Sequence record: NC_055712.1
Origin: Escherichia phage phT4A
Strand: one strand, 5' to 3'
Length of the DNA stretch: 64,000 nucleotides
Shown in pieces: positions 38,623 to 48,227 of this stretch. Under the pieces are notes generated by a model. The model made no database searches, had not been told where the DNA came from, and saw only the letters and a list, made by a program, of their open reading frames with translations. The stretch's first letter is position 1; every line of letters begins with the position of its first letter. The position numbers were made by a program, and so were the translations under genes.

Positions 38623-39116
38623 ATCTTCGTCCCAGCTTCATGGTGTTCCCAGATAATTTTGCGTAAATTGGTCGAGGACAGATCCTGGTCTCCAACCTTC
38701 ACAGATTCAACCGGAATATGATTCCATCCGAATGCTTTAAGCCAGTAAGAATCTTTGTCTTTTTCGTACCCGACGATCGCAATTCGGTCATTTCGAGTTT
38801 CATCGATTGCCATACGAACACGGGATTTCCATTTTTCCTCGTTATAGAGATAATCCGGAATGTGAGCGAATTTGATTCTGGCTGCATCTTCAACATCAAG
38901 TTTGCAGATAGACCAGCGAGTGATCATTGCTTGACGCTGTTTAGCGGTCAATGGGTTTAATGTGTTCGGATATGCATAAGCAGAACCGATCAGAATGTAA
39001 ACCGTATCAGCAACAGCAAGGGCTTCCCTTACCATTTTCTCATGACCATAGTGAAAAGGTTGAAAACGTCCAATTACTACAGCTTTATCATATTTGTGTT
39101 TCATAACGTGCTCCAC
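38616..39116 (-). CDS. nicotinamide-nucleotide adenylyltransferase (NadM-type)
   Basis: GRFQPFHYGH nucleotidyltransferase signature near N-terminus; about 166 aa. Confidence 0.75.
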   Translation of the reverse strand: MEHVMKHKYDKAVVIGRFQPFHYGHEKMVREALAVADTVYILIGSAYAYPNTLNPLTAKQRQAMITRWSICKLDVEDAARIKFAHIPDYLYNEEKWKSRVRMAIDETRNDRIAIVGYEKDKDSYWLKAFGWNHIPVESVKVGDQDLSSTNLRKIIWEHHEAGTKIC

Positions 39117-39280
39117 GTTTAAAGGTTAATCATAAAACAGACGCAATTATTAAAACACCAAACAATCCACCAATGAAACCAAAGAATAGTGAAATGAGTA
39201 TTGTCAATACGATCTGTTTTATGTTCATTATAGTATTCTCGTTTTAGATGTCAAGCCCCCAAAGAGGGGGCTTTAAAACA

Positions 39281-40207
39281 TTATTTACGAGAATCGAAAA
39301 TCACTTTACCCGCATAATCCGAACCCATTACAGTTTGAGGTACGCCACCTTTATAGCGGGTAGAGTAGTTCATCTGTACATCCAGTTCTTTCCAGCGGAT
39401 CATTTCCGGTGTAATGGTGCGTTGCAGGGCGGCGTTGGCTTCTGCTTCTTTCTTCGCTGCATACAGACGGGCATCAGCATCACGTTCGTTAGCGATTGCA
39501 GCGTTTTCACGCGCCTGGCGATCGGCTTCCGCTTGTTTTACTGCTTGTAATGAAGTCTGTTCTACTTTTTGCAGTTCAGCTTTAGCAGCGTTAACCTGTT
39601 CTTCGCGGATCTTCGTGTTAGTTACCTGTTCCATGATAACTTCCGGCAGGGTGATATCCTGCAAGAATACCTGTTTCACAGTGTAACCGTAAGGCCGTGC
39701 ATAATCTTCTACTTCCTGCTGAATTGCGATTTGCAGTTGGTTTTGGATCTTCGCATCAAACAGGTCTTGCGCTTTTGGTACGGATTTACCAAATTCGCGA
39801 ACAGTGGAAAGCAGTTTTTCAGTTACATACTTATCCAGTGCCTGATCCTGATTACCCGCGTTGATACGGTTGATCGGTGCTTTGCTACCGTCGAATTGCA
39901 GCATTACGGTCATATCCACAGTGGATTTAAATTTATCCTGGGACGGAACCTGTAATTTGTCGAACTTCATCGCGATGTCTTTGGTGCTGAACGTATCAAA
40001 CGTTGCCAGCGGGTTTACAATGTGGAAACCAGGCAGTACGGGTTTCGGTGATACTTTACCCATGAAGGTTTCAGTTTTAACCGTACCGTCTTGCACAATG
40101 GTATACATGTTAGGCACTAACCACAGTGCTGCGACTACGCCCAGAGCGATCAGAGAGGTTTTCTTCGGGTTGTTCACGATAGTGTTTAAGTTCATCATAA
40201 TTTCCAT
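39281..40207 (-). CDS. SPFH/band-7 (prohibitin/HflC-like) membrane protein
   Basis: N-terminal TM segment then a long Ala/Glu/Gln-rich coiled-coil typical of SPFH proteins. Confidence 0.6.
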   Translation of the reverse strand: MEIMMNLNTIVNNPKKTSLIALGVVAALWLVPNMYTIVQDGTVKTETFMGKVSPKPVLPGFHIVNPLATFDTFSTKDIAMKFDKLQVPSQDKFKSTVDMTVMLQFDGSKAPINRINAGNQDQALDKYVTEKLLSTVREFGKSVPKAQDLFDAKIQNQLQIAIQQEVEDYARPYGYTVKQVFLQDITLPEVIMEQVTNTKIREEQVNAAKAELQKVEQTSLQAVKQAEADRQARENAAIANERDADARLYAAKKEAEANAALQRTITPEMIRWKELDVQMNYSTRYKGGVPQTVMGSDYAGKVIFDSRK

Positions 40208-40266
40208 AAGTTGTTGTTCAATTCGATAGTTATTCTATCATCACATTTCACGCTGTCAAACTATTT

Positions 40267-40650
40267 TTAAGAAAGTTTTGTCAGCTTGTAGATTGTTTGA
40301 TAGCACAAGCCCTTAATCTCGTCCAGGATGTTCTTCAAAGAACTATCTACTGATTCGTAGATCTCGTTTGCTTCGTTGGCTATTTTACGGAGATACGCCA
40401 CCGTGTCAAGCACATTTTCGGTTTTTAGCACAGGTTTGTATCTTCCCGTGATTCCTATGTGGATTTCGGTGAATTTATCAACCAAATCCTGCATATCTTC
40501 GTAAAAACCCTCATATGCTTTATGTTGTGAGTATGAACCTGTTGCAAAATGTGCGCTATGCATATAGGTAACGGACATAAGGCACATGCCAATAAAGGCA
40601 TCTATCTTGCTTGAGTTCTCAGATTCTGTAATTTGTTTAAATGATTGCAT
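40267..40650 (-). CDS. hypothetical protein
   Basis: ORF; start set at MQSFKQI with AAGGGA SD. Confidence 0.35.
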   Translation of the reverse strand: MQSFKQITESENSSKIDAFIGMCLMSVTYMHSAHFATGSYSQHKAYEGFYEDMQDLVDKFTEIHIGITGRYKPVLKTENVLDTVAYLRKIANEANEIYESVDSSLKNILDEIKGLCYQTIYKLTKLS

Positions 40651-40660
40651 GATGATCCCT

Positions 40661-40942
40661 TTATGAACGATGGATACTTGCAAACTCATACGCGACCCTG
40701 ATTCCTAGCTTTGCGCATTCGGATTCAGATCGGCATTGTTTTTGGTGCCATTTTCGTTCCATGTAGTTGTAGAATAGTTCGCTTGTATTTACGCTGGGAG
40801 GGATCGTTGTGATGTATACTTGAAGGGCCGCATTAATATAATCGTCAAATTCTTTCTGAACCGGACGGTCGGCGGCGTGTGTTGTGGGTGTCATCATCAA
40901 CAATCCGAACAGCACAGCCATTGATATGCGTTTAATGTTCAT
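40661..40942 (-). CDS. hypothetical secreted protein
   Basis: Start set at MNIKRISMAVLFGLLMMTPTTHA (signal-peptide-like). Confidence 0.4.
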   Translation of the reverse strand: MNIKRISMAVLFGLLMMTPTTHAADRPVQKEFDDYINAALQVYITTIPPSVNTSELFYNYMERKWHQKQCRSESECAKLGIRVAYEFASIHRS

Positions 40943-40991
40943 AACAATTACTCTTTTACTCATAGACCCACTATAGGTCTACTCCTGTATA

Positions 40992-40999
40992 TATTTATA
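40992..40999 (-). promoter_or_regulatory. T4-type late promoter motif
   Basis: Exact TATAAATA on minus strand about 50 nt upstream of the 40942 start. Confidence 0.4.
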
Positions 41000-41047
41000 G
41001 CAAAAACGAGGCCAAGCCTCGTTATAATATTTTTGCTGTAAAGTCAA

Positions 41048-41440
41048 TCAAGTAATGTCATACCAACACAAACTTCTTTCGAAAGCGCGTATTTTGTTCA
41101 CGTTTTCTACGTTTTCGTCCCAACCGATCACACCAGCTTTCATACGTTTCAGTTCCTGACGTAAACGGGTACGTACTTTTGAATCAATTTTCTTTACTGC
41201 AATAGAAAGCATTGCATTCAGATCGCCATGAGCTTTGTTACCGTCGCGACACAGATTATTATCAAATCGAATGTATGCACATCCTGATTTGTGTTTCCAG
41301 TTGGTTGAGTACCAACGCAACCCATCCGGATCAATACCATGTTGAGCATAATAACGAGAATACTCTTTTACTTCTTCGATCTTTTCGTTAGATGAACGGT
41401 CACGAAGAGGATTGTATTTCTTACGGTAAGTGCGACTCAT
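41048..41440 (-). CDS. hypothetical protein
   Basis: ORF immediately downstream of tk. Confidence 0.4.
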   Translation of the reverse strand: MSRTYRKKYNPLRDRSSNEKIEEVKEYSRYYAQHGIDPDGLRWYSTNWKHKSGCAYIRFDNNLCRDGNKAHGDLNAMLSIAVKKIDSKVRTRLRQELKRMKAGVIGWDENVENVNKIRAFERSLCWYDIT

Positions 41441-41456
41441 AATGATCTCCTTTTGT

Positions 41457-42065
41457 TTATTCTTCCACTGTATCAGGGTTGTTCTTTAGTTGCAAGTAAT
41501 GTTTTCGACAAAGTGAAACATATTTGTCTTCGGCCCCGATCTCAATCTGGTCGCCATTAGCAACAAATTTGCCATTTGCATCAATACGGGCAACGGTAGT
41601 TGCTTTCTTTCCACAATGACAAACCCCCCGCAACTCCCTGATCTCATCAGCAAGTGCCAGCAACATATAAGAACCTTCAAACAGGTTCAACTGAAAATCG
41701 GTTCTTAGTCCATATGTCATTACGGGTATATCTAATTCGTCAACAACCCGACACAGATCCATGACATTTTTCCTGGAAAGGAATTGTGCTTCGTCCACAA
41801 ACACACAAGAAACTAGTTTCTGGCTGTCGCTATAAAAATGATTGTTGTGAACATCATAATATAAGTCCATATCAGGTGTGATCATGGTACATGTTGCTTC
41901 CAACCCAATACGCGAAGAGATACTCTGTTTACCTTCTCGCGTATCAATTGCTGGTTTGTACATCAGGATCCGCATACCGCGTTCCTGGTAGTTGTATGCA
42001 TCGGTGAGTAAACGAGCACTCTTGCCAGCATTCATTGATGCATAATGAAAATATAGTTTAGCCAT
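41457..42065 (-). CDS. tk: thymidine kinase
   Basis: P-loop YASMNAGKSARL, VDEAQF, and C-terminal zinc ribbon CHCG...C. Confidence 0.85.
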   Translation of the reverse strand: MAKLYFHYASMNAGKSARLLTDAYNYQERGMRILMYKPAIDTREGKQSISSRIGLEATCTMITPDMDLYYDVHNNHFYSDSQKLVSCVFVDEAQFLSRKNVMDLCRVVDELDIPVMTYGLRTDFQLNLFEGSYMLLALADEIRELRGVCHCGKKATTVARIDANGKFVANGDQIEIGAEDKYVSLCRKHYLQLKNNPDTVEE

Positions 42066-42288
42066 TTATCCTCTCAACAAAATCTGGGGTATTTTGGAAT
42101 TTCCCTTCCCCTTCATGGTTTTTGCATGTTTTATTTGAACAGTAGATCCACCAATCCCACTCATCATAAGGGGGTTTGGTAATGTTCATTACGCAAATTA
42201 AAGGGAAATGACAATCCCGACAACGAACTTTTTCTATAATGTGTGCGTTAGCCAATTGAAAACCATCCTTTACCCATGAGTTTTTCAT
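42058..42288 (-). CDS. hypothetical Cys-rich protein (start uncertain)
   Basis: ORF overlapping neighbours; start set at an internal Met. Confidence 0.25.
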   Translation of the reverse strand: MKNSWVKDGFQLANAHIIEKVRCRDCHFPLICVMNITKPPYDEWDWWIYCSNKTCKNHEGEGKFQNTPDFVERING

Positions 42289-42475
42289 TATGTCGCGCAA
42301 GATACTCTTTGATTTCTGGCATCCGGATCGCAGTGTCATACTCTTCTTTCGTCATGGTATGATTTGCGCAACCCATACACCCGCACACCTGCGCGTTACA
42401 CCAACGGAGTGTTCCATATGTCGCAATCACCTTCATTGCTTTAGCTTTGATTTTGTCAGTCATGATTATAACCAC
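42248..42475 (-). CDS. hypothetical Cys-rich protein
   Basis: ORF with CNAQVCGCMGCANH cluster. Confidence 0.3.
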   Translation of the reverse strand: MVIIMTDKIKAKAMKVIATYGTLRWCNAQVCGCMGCANHTMTKEEYDTAIRMPEIKEYLARHNEKLMGKGWFSIG

Positions 42476-42743
42476 TCATTTCGTTATCTTGTGCTTGATG
42501 TATATCAAGATACCACATATTGATTTTGCTTTTCAGTTCGTCCATTTCCTTACTCAGACAATTGTCAACGATACATAGAACATTAACAGTTTCTTTACGC
42601 TGCATAATGTTGATGTTATTCGCTTTCATCGCTTGCGCCAATGCATTATAGGTTTTAACCAGTGCGGCGCGTTGTCCTTTGATTACGGCGATCCGCTTGT
42701 TTGCTTTCTTAATCTCCCGACCTGCTTTGATAGGATCCATCAT
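42456..42743 (-). CDS. hypothetical protein
   Basis: ORF only. Confidence 0.35.
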   Translation of the reverse strand: MMDPIKAGREIKKANKRIAVIKGQRAALVKTYNALAQAMKANNINIMQRKETVNVLCIVDNCLSKEMDELKSKINMWYLDIHQAQDNEMSGYNHD

Positions 42744-42745
42744 GA

Positions 42746-43219
42746 TTAATTCGCCTTACGAGGATCGAAATGAACGACAATGATCGGGTAATCACCAGTC
42801 ACCTCATTAATAATGCGCTTAATGAGTTCCCAGTCGCCCCCAGCGAGGCCAGCACCGATTAAAGGTGTGATGATAGGCTTTCCAGTCTTAACGGCGTCAG
42901 CAAGCCCTACAGCCTGTTTAAAAGCATTGCCGATTGCGTCATAATCGACACGCGGCCCAGGTGTCCAGAAATCATATTGAGTATATGCATTGAAAACAAT
43001 GTTGCCTTTTTCGCCAATGTAAACAGAACAAGTTCCGAGCTTATCACGGGAACCTTTTAACGTATTGGCATCAACTTGAAATGCACCAGGAATACGATCG
43101 CGGATTTCGCGAGCAATACCAGCGCCCATATTGCAATAGCAGTTGCATCCGTGGATCAAATGGCCTTCACCGTTCAGATACATATTGACAGCATTACCTT
43201 TCACTTCTTTAATGATCAT
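42746..43219 (-). CDS. macro-domain protein (ADP-ribose binding/processing)
   Basis: HGCNCYCNMGAGIAREI and PLIGAGLAGG resemble the macro-domain Gly-rich loops (NAAN...GGGV..AI, P.ISTG..G); start set at MIIKEVKG. Confidence 0.6.
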   Translation of the reverse strand: MIIKEVKGNAVNMYLNGEGHLIHGCNCYCNMGAGIAREIRDRIPGAFQVDANTLKGSRDKLGTCSVYIGEKGNIVFNAYTQYDFWTPGPRVDYDAIGNAFKQAVGLADAVKTGKPIITPLIGAGLAGGDWELIKRIINEVTGDYPIIVVHFDPRKAN

Positions 43220-43303
43220 TTTTATTTTTCCGATATAGTAGGGCCACAACAAGGCCCATCAAAATCACAAGGATCCACAATACAGTGAATTGAACCCCTA
43301 CGC

Positions 43304-43492
43304 TCATTTTCTCGCTTTCCGTTCACGGCGGCGATCTTCTTGATGACACATATATAAAACACCACCAAAAATTATAAAACCGATAACAACGCCTATAAAG
43401 TATCCAGCACTAAACATAGTCATCATCCCCGCAATAGTAACAAGGCCCAGTGCTCTCATGCTTACCAGCATTGTACGCCAAGAACACCACAA
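43304..43492 (-). CDS. small membrane protein
   Basis: Two hydrophobic segments, basic C-terminus. Confidence 0.35.
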   Translation of the reverse strand: MWCSWRTMLVSMRALGLVTIAGMMTMFSAGYFIGVVIGFIIFGGVLYMCHQEDRRRERKARK

Positions 43493-43525
43493 CCGCCGCC
43501 ATAATAATAAAAATCCAGATAGCCA

Positions 43526-43849
43526 TTAGTAAAGTCCTATGCCAGCATTGAATTCGTCAACCAAATAAGTACGGAACTTTTCGCACCGTTCCTTATTTGG
43601 CGCTTGTTTGCATAGATTCATCATTGGTTCAGACTGCAAAAACTCTTTTTGTTTCAGCAACTTACCGCGTTTATACAGGTGAGCATTTTCCTCTCCCCAC
43701 ATATAAGCAACATCTAACTGTTCTGCGATCACTTGCTTACATACTGCGACATCTTTGATATCACGATTGTTGCATAACTCATCCAGGCGAGCATCACCCG
43801 CGTGAGCAAATCCAGCAACCAGAGTTAAAAGCAGTGCTAACTTTTTCAT
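43526..43849 (-). CDS. hypothetical secreted protein
   Basis: N-terminal MKKLALLLTLVAGFAHA signal peptide; paired Cys. Confidence 0.45.
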   Translation of the reverse strand: MKKLALLLTLVAGFAHAGDARLDELCNNRDIKDVAVCKQVIAEQLDVAYMWGEENAHLYKRGKLLKQKEFLQSEPMMNLCKQAPNKERCEKFRTYLVDEFNAGIGLY

Positions 43850-43858
43850 GATGATTCC

Positions 43859-44458
43859 TTATTCATCCTCTTCGATAGGAGTATAATAATGCGCATTACA
43901 GATATACGCAAGAACTTTTTTCAGAGACATATCCGAGAATGTCGGATCCTGGTTTCGTCTCATCCCACTACCAGTTTCAACAGCCCAACGTTTGTTAGCT
44001 GGATTGTATGTCAGCCAGTAACAATCCCATTCAGACAGAGTATGTTCGAACAGATCGAAACGCTTACGCCCATTTGCTTGCGGCCTGACAAAAGGTTCAA
44101 CCATTTCTAAAGCGGTTAAAACTCGATTAAGGTTTGAACCGTCTTCATCCATCGCGATCCGCAAACAGTATTGGTTAATGTCCGGATCCATACCATCGAT
44201 ACCCAGACCGATAGATTCGAAAAATTTTGTTGCCGCGTGATAAGACACACTGGAAGAACGATATTCCAACATCACGGGGATCTTTTCCCCGTCCTTGACG
44301 TTGTTAATGATATCCTGATCGATGAGTTCAATCAGGTCTCTTTTCTCTTTAATCAACGTGGAAATTTCTTCTTGCAGTGGGGCTATCTGTGCATGAAGTT
44401 CTTTTATCCGTTGATCAATTACGGTCACTTCGAAAGCTAAATTTCTCATTGTACCCAT
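43859..44458 (-). CDS. hypothetical protein
   Basis: ORF only. Confidence 0.4.
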   Translation of the reverse strand: MGTMRNLAFEVTVIDQRIKELHAQIAPLQEEISTLIKEKRDLIELIDQDIINNVKDGEKIPVMLEYRSSSVSYHAATKFFESIGLGIDGMDPDINQYCLRIAMDEDGSNLNRVLTALEMVEPFVRPQANGRKRFDLFEHTLSEWDCYWLTYNPANKRWAVETGSGMRRNQDPTFSDMSLKKVLAYICNAHYYTPIEEDE

Positions 44459-44620
44459 TCCCCGTTTTTGTCAATATACATGATCCAATCAGCAACCGAC
44501 CAATGGGAAGTATTGCCTTTCGGAGTCGCTACGATGTAGGAACCAGCTTTAAACAGTACGCGTTTAGTTTCGTTCAGGATCAGGTCGCTCATAATGTATT
44601 CCTCTCAATTAGATGCATCC

Positions 44621-44660
44621 ATAATAAAAAAGCCCCCGACCGAAGTCAAGGGCTTTTTGT
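44621..44660 (-). promoter_or_regulatory. stem-loop + sigma70 promoter cassette (PeSL-like)
   Basis: Minus strand: hairpin GCCCTTGACTTCGGTCGGGGGC carrying TTGACT, 17-nt spacer, TATTAT. Confidence 0.5.
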
Positions 44661-45301
44661 CAAATGATTTGTTTTTCTTCTAACAGCTTCGCGGTTGTAT
44701 TAACCATACGAGCATAATCACGGGCTTCTTTCTTTGTATACTTGAAACCAGCGTTATAGCTCGCCAGCGCCTTTTTCAAGTCGCCTTTGTGGTAATCAAG
44801 CCAATACTCCAGTTCATAGATCGCATACTTCGATCCACCTTGAAGAGTTTCGAGCTTTTTGATTACTACGCGTTTAGGATATGACTTATCCATTCGTGCG
44901 CTGGCGCTCCTTGCGGTAACTTGCCAGCATCCATAAGCGTGATGGCCTTTTTTACCTTTACCGACATTCTCACATGCGCGAGACTCGATCCAGGCAATAG
45001 CCGCTAAATGATAGCCTAAACGTTTAGCCTTATCTTTTTCTACAGGTTTTGCAGTCTTCAAATCATAGTTGTGTCCAACTCGATAAGCATACTCCAAAAC
45101 CTCTTTCTGCTTCGGTGTAATGTTATCCAAATCCTTGATGTAGGATGGAGAATTTTTGTTTGCCGGAGGCTTCACAGTAGCCTTTTGTAAAGGCAATTGA
45201 TGAGTAGGCAAATCCGCAATGAAATCCCCTAGCGGATCCGTCGCAGCGTTGCCAGAAAAAGAGCACAAGAAAATGCTGGCAGCAATAATAATTTTCTTCA
45301 T
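44660..45301 (-). CDS. secreted lytic transglycosylase-like protein (SLT domain)
   Basis: Signal peptide MKKIIIAASIFLCSFSGNA; SLT-like IAWIESR, GCWQV, SYNAG motifs. Confidence 0.5.
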   Translation of the reverse strand: MKKIIIAASIFLCSFSGNAATDPLGDFIADLPTHQLPLQKATVKPPANKNSPSYIKDLDNITPKQKEVLEYAYRVGHNYDLKTAKPVEKDKAKRLGYHLAAIAWIESRACENVGKGKKGHHAYGCWQVTARSASARMDKSYPKRVVIKKLETLQGGSKYAIYELEYWLDYHKGDLKKALASYNAGFKYTKKEARDYARMVNTTAKLLEEKQII

Positions 45302-45365
45302 TTTAATACCTATGTTGCAAAAAGAGGGGCAATAATACACCCCACTTTATATTTATGCAACTATT

Positions 45366-45920
45366 TTAGATAGTTTTCGCGTCACGTAGTTTATCGGCGA
45401 TAAACTCAGCAATGTTATAATTTGAAATAGCCTTGTTAGGATCGTATAGCGCAATGATTTCATCTAACGATACCATAACGGCATGTTTAAAGTAGACGCT
45501 CCAGCTAGTAGTAAGGATCTCACTGTTGTCAAATCCACAATCAGGGCTGAACAATGCGCGGTATTTGTACCCACTGTATTTCGTCAGACGATTTGTGCTG
45601 TGCGCATCACTGGTGATCAGAAAAGTCCCCTGGTGAGTTTCAACAACGAAAAAGTATCCGAGGCGTTCTTTGTTGTCCAGCATCTTTTCAAACTTGCGAT
45701 CGGTTTCTTCGCGAACAATACGAGAAGTCAGCATTTCCAACACTTTATCGTATTCAGGCCAATCATTCTCGATCACGATTGCATCAAATGGTTTCTTACC
45801 ATTAATCCCGCGCCCGATTTCGATTTTCGTGCAAATTTCGTTGAACGTTTTCAAATCTTCTGGCGTCAGTTCTTTAAGATCGCTCAACTTTGCTACATAA
45901 TAACGTTTTTCTAGTTTCAT
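45366..45920 (-). CDS. hypothetical protein
   Basis: ORF; start set at MKLEKRYY. Confidence 0.35.
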   Translation of the reverse strand: MKLEKRYYVAKLSDLKELTPEDLKTFNEICTKIEIGRGINGKKPFDAIVIENDWPEYDKVLEMLTSRIVREETDRKFEKMLDNKERLGYFFVVETHQGTFLITSDAHSTNRLTKYSGYKYRALFSPDCGFDNSEILTTSWSVYFKHAVMVSLDEIIALYDPNKAISNYNIAEFIADKLRDAKTI

Positions 45921-45921
45921 T

Positions 45922-46116
45922 TTACAATTCAACCTCGTTTTTACAGTATATACATTCAATAAAATCAACTTTTCGCATGTTGAAGAAATATGAACCCTCA
46001 GAAGATTTTTCCTTGTGTTTTACATCTTCCGCGTCATATTTCATAGTAGTATCACAACAATTGCACGTAACAATACGAGATTTTGCATTTATGATCTCAA
46101 TCATGATACACCTCAA
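45922..46116 (-). CDS. small zinc-ribbon protein (tandem paralog 1)
   Basis: CxCC ... CxxC arrangement; similar layout to the adjacent ORF. Confidence 0.4.
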   Translation of the reverse strand: MRCIMIEIINAKSRIVTCNCCDTTMKYDAEDVKHKEKSSEGSYFFNMRKVDFIECIYCKNEVEL

Positions 46117-46316
46117 TTCAAAAATAATTTCACAGAGTTACCACATTTAGGGCATGTGATAAATTTTTTCACGACATAATCAGCAGCAGAGAAAAATCCA
46201 TTGTAAATCGATTCTCTCTTTTGCTGTATATCAGATAGTTCGTATTCTAACCCACTTTTACAGCAACTGCAAACAGTAATTAGTTTTTGGCTATGGATGA
46301 CAGTAATCATATACAC
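46113..46316 (-). CDS. small zinc-ribbon protein (tandem paralog 2)
   Basis: ITVCSCCKS ... ITCPKCGN. Confidence 0.4.
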   Translation of the reverse strand: MYMITVIHSQKLITVCSCCKSGLEYELSDIQQKRESIYNGFFSAADYVVKKFITCPKCGNSVKLFLN

Positions 46317-46346
46317 CTCACAAAAAGGGGGCTTTCGCCCCCATCA

Positions 46347-47693
46347 TTAGAAATTGTCTTCGACAAACGCCGCGAGACGGGAACGATACACTGTATCAAG
46401 AATGATATGGCTTGAGTGTTCGTATTCTTTCAGCTTTTCAACAGCCCATACAAACCCGTTGTTTACGGCAGTGTTTCGAGGGTTGTCGATCTGCTTAATG
46501 TTCCCGCATAGTATCAGAAGTGTGTTCTCTCCGCAACGAGAAATGATAGATTTAATTTCGTGGTTGCTAAGGTTTTGACATTCATCAACAATTAGCACAG
46601 AACCTTTGCCCGGATCCGGATGTCCGATACTGCGACCACGGAAGTAATACAGGCTAGGGAATTGCACCACCCCTTTTTCAATCAAACCTTCAATGTATTT
46701 TTCAGATTCCGGATTATCCTTAAACAGAATATTCAGGCTAGTAATACAAGGTTCAATAGAAGGCCGGAGTTTTTCGCCCAATGTACCAGGAAGGAAGCCG
46801 ATTTCACTTGATAACGGGCTATCTGACTTCACATACATCAAGTTAGCGTAATGTCCACTATTAACCAGGTGCATAGCACCGGAAACAGCAAGCATTGTTT
46901 TACCAGAACCAGCGCCGCCCATAATGGTAGCAACATCGATTTCATTGCTCATAATGGATTCAACGAAAGCCGCTTGCAGAGAATCACGGGGCTGGATAGC
47001 TTTCATGAGTTTGCGTTTCATCGCCTGTTCATGCTTAACAGGTAAGACATTCAAGCAAATCTCATCAGCAGTCACTACACGCCCGACTAACTCACCATTA
47101 GAGGTAATGTACTGGTTAGGATAAAAATCTTCGTCAGGAAGCGAACTGTAAGTGATTTGGGCTACATTATCCGTATATCCCAACACTTCCACGGTATCCC
47201 AGAAATCAGGGATCTCTACGTAACCGGAATACAACACATCGCTATCTTTTAACGTATCGTCGCCAGTATACTGTTCTACCTTACACCCACGGGACATTGC
47301 GATCAGCAACATCATAATATCGCGAGTAACTAAGGTTGCATCCTGCTGCATACAAGTTTCAATGATTCGTTCGTCTTGCTTGTCAAGAGCAAACGTTTTG
47401 TTTCCGACATAATCAACCACTTTAAGGGTGATAGTGTCAGACAGTGCTGGGTTTGTCAGGTTTAAAGGAATACCTGATTTCGTAATCGCATCATATGACT
47501 GACCGAAAATAACTTTTGACAGAAGCCGGATCGCCAATCGTGCTTCGTGCGCTGTTCGTTCTTTCGTTTTCAGGTGATCTAATTCACCCATAGTAGCAGA
47601 GGTAATAATGATTTCTGTACCAGGTTGAGTGAATGAATAGATTGAATAGGGGTTACTAATCAAAACATTGGTGTCTAATACGTATTTTGACAT
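46347..47693 (-). CDS. phoH: PhoH-like ATPase with N-terminal PIN domain
   Basis: N-terminal PIN-like YVLDTNVLI; Walker A GGAGSGKT; Walker B LIVDECQN. Confidence 0.8.
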   Translation of the reverse strand: MSKYVLDTNVLISNPYSIYSFTQPGTEIIITSATMGELDHLKTKERTAHEARLAIRLLSKVIFGQSYDAITKSGIPLNLTNPALSDTITLKVVDYVGNKTFALDKQDERIIETCMQQDATLVTRDIMMLLIAMSRGCKVEQYTGDDTLKDSDVLYSGYVEIPDFWDTVEVLGYTDNVAQITYSSLPDEDFYPNQYITSNGELVGRVVTADEICLNVLPVKHEQAMKRKLMKAIQPRDSLQAAFVESIMSNEIDVATIMGGAGSGKTMLAVSGAMHLVNSGHYANLMYVKSDSPLSSEIGFLPGTLGEKLRPSIEPCITSLNILFKDNPESEKYIEGLIEKGVVQFPSLYYFRGRSIGHPDPGKGSVLIVDECQNLSNHEIKSIISRCGENTLLILCGNIKQIDNPRNTAVNNGFVWAVEKLKEYEHSSHIILDTVYRSRLAAFVEDNF

Positions 47694-47702
47694 ACATTAA
47701 CC

Positions 47703-48227
47703 TTATGTGGTTTCGTTAAAAAATGCACCGAAAACCTCTTTTGCTTTCCGGTTATAAACGGATTTTGCTTCTTCTGGAGTGTTATAGTACCCCAAAAATT
47801 TTCTTTTTCCATCTATGTTTATCTGCGCTTTGTACTTCCCATTGGCTTTATGATAAGAAACACCTTTCAACCCTGTACTACTGTTTGAGTTACATTTCTT
47901 TTTCATCGCATTTTGCTGGTTCGTCGCTTTCTGTAAATTTCTTGCTGTATCTCCATTCTCAACACCATATACATGATCTACGATAGGAGGAAGATAACCA
48001 TTCTCAACGTAAAACACTATTCGGTGTCGCAAATACATAGAACCTTTAAAATGAATTTGGGAATACTCGTTTTTGCTTCCGGCTTCACTTCCAGGAAACA
48101 TAGGGCCGCGCTGAACTTTCCAATACACTTTACCTGTAGATGTATCAACATCTACAAAATTCAGAAGAGATTCGATCCCTTGAATCTCTTCATGTATGGT
48201 TCTTGATGAATAGCCATGACTTTTCAT
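47703..48227 (-). CDS. HNH-AP2 homing endonuclease (paralog 4 of 4)
   Basis: IVDHVYG...NLQKATNQ HNH core; AP2-like LKGVSYHKANGKYKAQINIDGKRKFLGYYNTPEEAKSVY; start overlaps upstream stop. Confidence 0.75.
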   Translation of the reverse strand: MKSHGYSSRTIHEEIQGIESLLNFVDVDTSTGKVYWKVQRGPMFPGSEAGSKNEYSQIHFKGSMYLRHRIVFYVENGYLPPIVDHVYGVENGDTARNLQKATNQQNAMKKKCNSNSSTGLKGVSYHKANGKYKAQINIDGKRKFLGYYNTPEEAKSVYNRKAKEVFGAFFNETT

